Positions 59,500 to 64,000 of a DNA stretch of 64,000 bases are shown in pieces. The notes below the pieces were generated by a model that saw only the letters and a program-made list of their open reading frames with translations, made no database searches and had not been told where the DNA came from. The position numbers and the translations under genes were made by a program. How positions within the stretch are numbered: the first letter of the stretch is position 1; each line of letters begins with the position of its first letter. Source of the stretch: Candidatus Latescibacterota bacterium (GTDB lineage Bacteria > Latescibacterota > UBA2968); contig OZ242010.1 of NCBI GenBank assembly GCA_965204745.1, positions 2,592,001 through 2,656,000 of the forward strand. The letters run 5' to 3'.

Positions 59500-61434
59500 T
59501 TATCCCTCCACCCAATCTCCCCCTGCGCGGATGAGGGCGATCAGTTCGTCAACCGCGCCTGCTGCGGGGATGTTGCGTTTGACGATGTCTTTGCCCTTGT
59601 AGAGCGTGATTTTGCCGGGGCCGCTGCCCACGTACCCGTAATCCGCGTCGGCCATTTCTCCGGGGCCGTTGACGATGCAGCCCATAATGCCAATTTTGAC
59701 GCCTTTGAGGTGGTTGGTGTGGCGCCTGATGAGGGCGGTCGTTTCTTGCAGGTCGAACAGGGTGCGCCCGCACGAGGGGCAAGAGATGTATTCGGTTTTG
59801 GAGATGCGCGTGCGCGTGGCTTGCAAAATGCCAAAAGCCGTGCGGCACGGAAGTTGCGCGGCTGTGTGATCGGAGTCGTCCACCGTTTCGAGCCACAGGC
59901 CATCGCCCAAGCCGTCGATGAGCAGGCCCCCGCAATCCGTGGCAGCGTGGAGCATAAACGCATCATCGGTCGCGTACCTGCGGCGGAGGATGACGGGAAT
60001 GTCGCACTCCCATTCCGCGAGCAGGCAAAAGGCGCGGCGCAACGCCGGCAAGGCGTGCGTGTTGTGGGTTTGCAGAACGAGCACGGCATTGGGATCGGCC
60101 TTCAGCGCGCGGATGAGCGGGGCATCGAGGTGGGCGAGTTTGGCGCGGACAAAGACGATGTGATCAAAGATGCGCGGCGCTCGCAAGTAGGCGTCCGCAG
60201 AGAACAGCGGATGGGCATTGGAAGCGGGCGACCAGGCACGGGCATTTTGGATCGAGCCGAGTGTGCCGGGCAGTTCAAAATCCAAGGCGCGGTTGCCGAT
60301 GTGGATGAAGTCGACGGCCATGTCCGCGATGTGCCACTTGTCGAGCGCGGGGTCGTACGCGTACCCCAAGGGTTGAAGCGATTCCGGGGCGATGGGGCTT
60401 TGGGGCGTGGCGATGACCACCGGCACATTGGGCTTGCCGATTTTTTCGATCCTTCGGGTTTCGCGGCGCGCGTACGCAAATGGGTCGATAGGCGATGTCG
60501 CGATGGGCGGGATGGGCGCGTGGTCTTTGCGCGTGCCATACCGGGCGACGAGTGCTCGGGCGACCGGGATTTCGGCTTCGGGGTCTTCGGTGAGGGAGAC
60601 GCGGATCGTATCGCCCAAGCCATCTTCGAGCAACGCGCCGATGCCCGCGGCGGATTTGATGCGCCCGTCTTCCCCGTCGCCGGCTTCTGTCACCCCCAGA
60701 TGGAGTGGGTAATTCATGCCCTCGGCCATCATTTTGTGGACCAGCAGGCGGTACGCCTGAACCATCACTTGGGGATTGCTGGCTTTCATGGAAAACACGA
60801 TGTCCCGATAGCCGAGGTCCTGGCAGATCCGCGCAAACTCGAGGGCCGATTCGACCATGCCCAGGGGCGTGTCCCCGTACCGGCTCATGATGCGGTCGGA
60901 CAGGGAGCCGTGGTTGGTGCCGATCCGCATGACCGTGCCGTGGTCCTTGCAGATCTCGACGAGCGGCGCGAACCTGTCGCGGATGCGGTGGAGTTCGTCG
61001 GCGTATTGCGCGTCCGTGTATTCGACGATCTGGAACTTCTTTTTGTCCGCGTAATTGCCGGGGTTCACGCGCACTTTTTCCACGAGTCGCGCTGCGATTT
61101 CAGCCGCGTGTGGGGTGTAGTGAATATCGGCCACCAAGGGCGTATCATAGCCCGCGGCCCGAAGTTTCTTTTTGATGGTTGCGAGGTTGCGGGCTTCGTT
61201 TTGACTCGGCGCTGTCACGCGCACGTATTCGCACCCAGCGCGGATCATGCGAATGGCTTGGGCCACCGTGCCGTCGGTGTCTCGCGTGTCGGTCGTGGTC
61301 ATCGACTGCACGCGAATGGGATGGTCGCCGCCGAGTGGCACGCCGCCGATATCGACTTCGCGGGTTTTGAACCGGGCGTATTCCGTGAGGGAGTTGCAGT
61401 ACTTGCCCGGGGCGATGAGGAGGTCGCTGGTCAT
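59500..61434 (-). CDS. ispG: HMBPP synthase, long three-domain form
   Basis: RVQSMT, RIGTNHGSLS, HLGVTEAG, CPSCGR...MGCIVNGPGE motifs. Confidence 0.96.
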   Translation of the reverse strand: MTSDLLIAPGKYCNSLTEYARFKTREVDIGGVPLGGDHPIRVQSMTTTDTRDTDGTVAQAIRMIRAGCEYVRVTAPSQNEARNLATIKKKLRAAGYDTPLVADIHYTPHAAEIAARLVEKVRVNPGNYADKKKFQIVEYTDAQYADELHRIRDRFAPLVEICKDHGTVMRIGTNHGSLSDRIMSRYGDTPLGMVESALEFARICQDLGYRDIVFSMKASNPQVMVQAYRLLVHKMMAEGMNYPLHLGVTEAGDGEDGRIKSAAGIGALLEDGLGDTIRVSLTEDPEAEIPVARALVARYGTRKDHAPIPPIATSPIDPFAYARRETRRIEKIGKPNVPVVIATPQSPIAPESLQPLGYAYDPALDKWHIADMAVDFIHIGNRALDFELPGTLGSIQNARAWSPASNAHPLFSADAYLRAPRIFDHIVFVRAKLAHLDAPLIRALKADPNAVLVLQTHNTHALPALRRAFCLLAEWECDIPVILRRRYATDDAFMLHAATDCGGLLIDGLGDGLWLETVDDSDHTAAQLPCRTAFGILQATRTRISKTEYISCPSCGRTLFDLQETTALIRRHTNHLKGVKIGIMGCIVNGPGEMADADYGYVGSGPGKITLYKGKDIVKRNIPAAGAVDELIALIRAGGDWVEG

Positions 61435-61465
61435 GGAAAGGCCGTTTGGAAAAATGAGCTGTCCG

Positions 61466-62251
61466 TCATTGGCTTTCAGCCGTTGCGCTGTTGGTCGTTT
61501 GGTAGGGCGGCCTGATCGCCGACGCATCCTGCCGCATGAACAGGTTTTCTTCGATGGGAATGTGTTCGTCCGCGCTGTTGATGAGGTCGCGGGCCGTGTT
61601 GTGGGTAAAGGAGATGATCTCGACGCGCGGGCCAAGGGTTTTGACGAGATCGACCAGCGGGACAAAATCGCCATCGCCAGAGACGAGGATCACCACGTCG
61701 AGTTTATCCACAAGCCCCATGATGTCGATGGCCATGCCCATGTCCCAATCGCCTTTGGCGGATCCGTCGCTGCGCTGGCGCAAATCCTTGCGCCGAACTT
61801 CGTAGCGCCTTTGCTGGAGCATAGAAATAAAGTTGCTTTGATCGGTGTTGGGCGATTGCACGACATAAGCTATCGCACGGATCAGGCGGCGTTTGCCCAC
61901 GCTGAGTTCGAGCAGTTTTTCAAAATCGAGCCGCGCATTGAACTCGTTTGCCGCGTAAAAGATATTCTGCACATCGACGAAAATCCCGACCCGCAATTCG
62001 GTATCGGGAATGTCTGTGTAGCGGTGAGATCGGCGTTCGGCACTGGCTTGCAAAGCCGCGATGGTTTTCTGGATTTCATCGAGCGTGGAAAAAATTGCCT
62101 GTCGTTCCCGCGCGCCGCTAATGGCTTCTTTGAAAACCCGCGCTTTGATGTCTTGGATCTCTCGCATTGGAAACGCGATCCGATCTGTTTTTTCCTCGAT
62201 GCGCGCAAGTGTTTGTTGGATTTCTCGAATTTGATCTTTGAGGTCTGCCAT
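61466..62251 (-). CDS. NYN/LabA (DUF88) domain protein with an N-terminal coiled coil
   Basis: FVDVQN, KGDWD, SGDGDF motifs. Confidence 0.9.
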   Translation of the reverse strand: MADLKDQIREIQQTLARIEEKTDRIAFPMREIQDIKARVFKEAISGARERQAIFSTLDEIQKTIAALQASAERRSHRYTDIPDTELRVGIFVDVQNIFYAANEFNARLDFEKLLELSVGKRRLIRAIAYVVQSPNTDQSNFISMLQQRRYEVRRKDLRQRSDGSAKGDWDMGMAIDIMGLVDKLDVVILVSGDGDFVPLVDLVKTLGPRVEIISFTHNTARDLINSADEHIPIEENLFMRQDASAIRPPYQTTNSATAESQ

Positions 62252-62271
62252 GTGTTCTGGAGTCTCCCATC

Positions 62272-63045
62272 TTAGAGGTGAGGTGCGGCTGCGCCGAGGG
62301 CGAGGGCGAATTTGCCCGGGTGGTCGAGTGCTGCGCGATCCGGATGTGGCAACCGCGATGTGTCGATATTGCGAAATGTCGGGTATGCGATGAAGTCGCG
62401 GTCTGCGTGCGGTTTGTCTGCGGACAGATAGACCCGGTTGCAGGCGGGTCGGGCGTGCGCGTCAACAGCGGTTAATACGCCATTTTTAACGGCGATGCAA
62501 ACCGAATTTGCAGAATCGCGGTGGACAGCCACTCGTGGGCCGGGTTGCCAGATACCTGCGATTCGTCCGGCGTAAAACAAGGCGAGCGGCGCGGCGATGA
62601 GGTGGATGCGGGTTTGGCCCAAGGCGCGGCACAGGGTCGCGTGTGCGTGGATGATGTCTTTGCGGATGGCGGTCCAAAAAGCCGCACGGCCCGCCGGCAG
62701 GAAGTCGATCTCAAAATTGTCGATTGGCGAGATGAGAGCTTGGGATGCCTCCCACATCATGTGCTCGCGGCGGTCTTCCTCTGATGCGACTTCAAGGGGC
62801 ACTTTTTGGATGTGGTACAAACCATCCGATAGTGCGAATGACAAGGGGCCGAGGGGTTCGGGCAAGCGATCCAGTGCAGCGCGCAATGCTTTGACAAATG
62901 GCGCGGGCACTTCGGTATCAAACGCCCATGAAGCCGATACTCGCCGGGCCGAAAGCCCCTTTAGCCGATACGCATCGTCCGATTTTTCGAGGCAGACCAC
63001 GCGCAGGGAATCGCCCGAAATGTGAATGCCCGTGGCTGTGTTCAT
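62272..63045 (-). CDS. Divergent PilM-like actin-fold protein
   Basis: N-terminal GIHISGDSLRVV, WEA....P...IDF, C-terminal FALALGAA. Confidence 0.55.
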   Translation of the reverse strand: MNTATGIHISGDSLRVVCLEKSDDAYRLKGLSARRVSASWAFDTEVPAPFVKALRAALDRLPEPLGPLSFALSDGLYHIQKVPLEVASEEDRREHMMWEASQALISPIDNFEIDFLPAGRAAFWTAIRKDIIHAHATLCRALGQTRIHLIAAPLALFYAGRIAGIWQPGPRVAVHRDSANSVCIAVKNGVLTAVDAHARPACNRVYLSADKPHADRDFIAYPTFRNIDTSRLPHPDRAALDHPGKFALALGAAAPHL

Positions 63046-63470
63046 GGCGTGCTCACGTGGGGGCGCAACCGCTCGAGGGTTTTCGCGCCGATCCCCTTGA
63101 CCTTTGTGATGTCCTCAACGCGCTTAAACGCGCCGTTCTGCTCGCGGTATGCCACGATGCGCGCTGCGATTTGAGGCCCAATCCCGGGCAACCGCTCGAG
63201 CTCTTTTGCCGTTGCTCGGTTGAGGTCGATCAATGCCCCGGTTGCTTTTGTTTTCCCTGTGGCAGATGGCACAGCCGCGACGGGCTTTTGGACTTCGAGA
63301 TCGGCGATGCTATCCCGCGCATGCTCTTCGGGAACAGGCACGGCACTTTTTTGCACCTCAAAGTCGGGAACGCGCTCTGGGTCTCGGCTGTCGATATACG
63401 CGATCACAATGCCCACGATGAGAATGCAGCAGAGTAGCAATAGGATGATTTGTTCGTTTCGATTGAACAT
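63042..63470 (-). CDS. comEA: ComEA-family helix-hairpin-helix DNA-binding protein
   Basis: N-terminal TM helix; IDLNRAT..EL..LPGIG...VKGIG. Confidence 0.9.
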   Translation of the reverse strand: MFNRNEQIILLLLCCILIVGIVIAYIDSRDPERVPDFEVQKSAVPVPEEHARDSIADLEVQKPVAAVPSATGKTKATGALIDLNRATAKELERLPGIGPQIAARIVAYREQNGAFKRVEDITKVKGIGAKTLERLRPHVSTP

Positions 63471-63496
63471 GGGAGAAGCCGTAAGAGGTAAGAGGT

Positions 63497-64000
63497 AAGA
63501 TACTCTCTTAAAAGGTCAAGGGGTTTTCGGGGTGATTCGATAGAATTTTTCGCCCTCAAAATCTTGGTCATGGCGCAACATGCCCCAGATCGAATGGAGC
63601 AACTTTCGCATCACCGCAACGATAGCCTGCAAAGGTTTCTTGCCGCGGGCGATGAGTTGGTCATAGAAGGCTTTGACATGGCCTTCGTGTCTGATGGCCA
63701 CCCAGGCAGGCATATAGAGGGCATGGCGGAGGTACTTATTCCCGGTTTTCGAGATGCGTCTTTGTGGATTGGCGGTTCCGGATTGTTTGGGTTTGGGATC
63801 CAGGCCTGCATGTGCGACCCACTGGGGCGGTTGCATCTCCTCTGGCAAAAGGGTCAACTCGGCCAAGAGCCGCAAGGCACTCGTTTGCGCGATGCCAGGC
63901 GTCGAGCAGAGGCGTTGGTAGGCACGCTTGAGGGGCTCATCGTGCAAAACGAGATCGAGGGCTTGGCTTTCCAAGTATGCAATCCGGCGTTTGAAGTGTC
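63497..64000 (-). mobile_element. Second IS110 copy, truncated by the window end; transposase 3' part ends at 63516
   Basis: Appears identical to 8958-9461; flanked by a (GTAAGAG)n array. Confidence 0.93.

Overview
A GC-rich bacterial chromosomal window. The gene content (GWxTD protein, DUF6785-type membrane protein, long-form IspG, 'DFLxFAxxFG' dockerin-like modules, many Gfo/Idh/MocA and TIM-barrel sugar enzymes) suggests a Latescibacterota/Gemmatimonadota-like organism; this is inference only. It holds housekeeping genes (mlaE/F/D, sat, rsmB, a PmbA/TldE peptidase, fbaB, polX, pgl, leuB, nagB, HU/IHF, dnaG, ispG, comEA) and two tRNAs. It also holds three paralogous giant secreted Calx-beta/GLUG adhesin-like genes with a near-identical 3' cassette, several toxin-antitoxin pairs, a small accessory island after tRNA-Pro, and dense intergenic repeats (heptamer arrays, ~200-bp hairpin-armed MITE-like elements, GTAG REPs). 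The strongest finding is an IS110 element (one complete copy, one truncated by the window end). Its non-coding end can be read as a full bridge RNA: all four guides, both loops and a promoter rebuilt at the circle junction are visible. The target guides match the host's own (AAGAGGT/C)n heptamer repeats, and possible 7-bp excision footprints occur elsewhere in the window. All alignments and folds were done by eye; no database searches were run.
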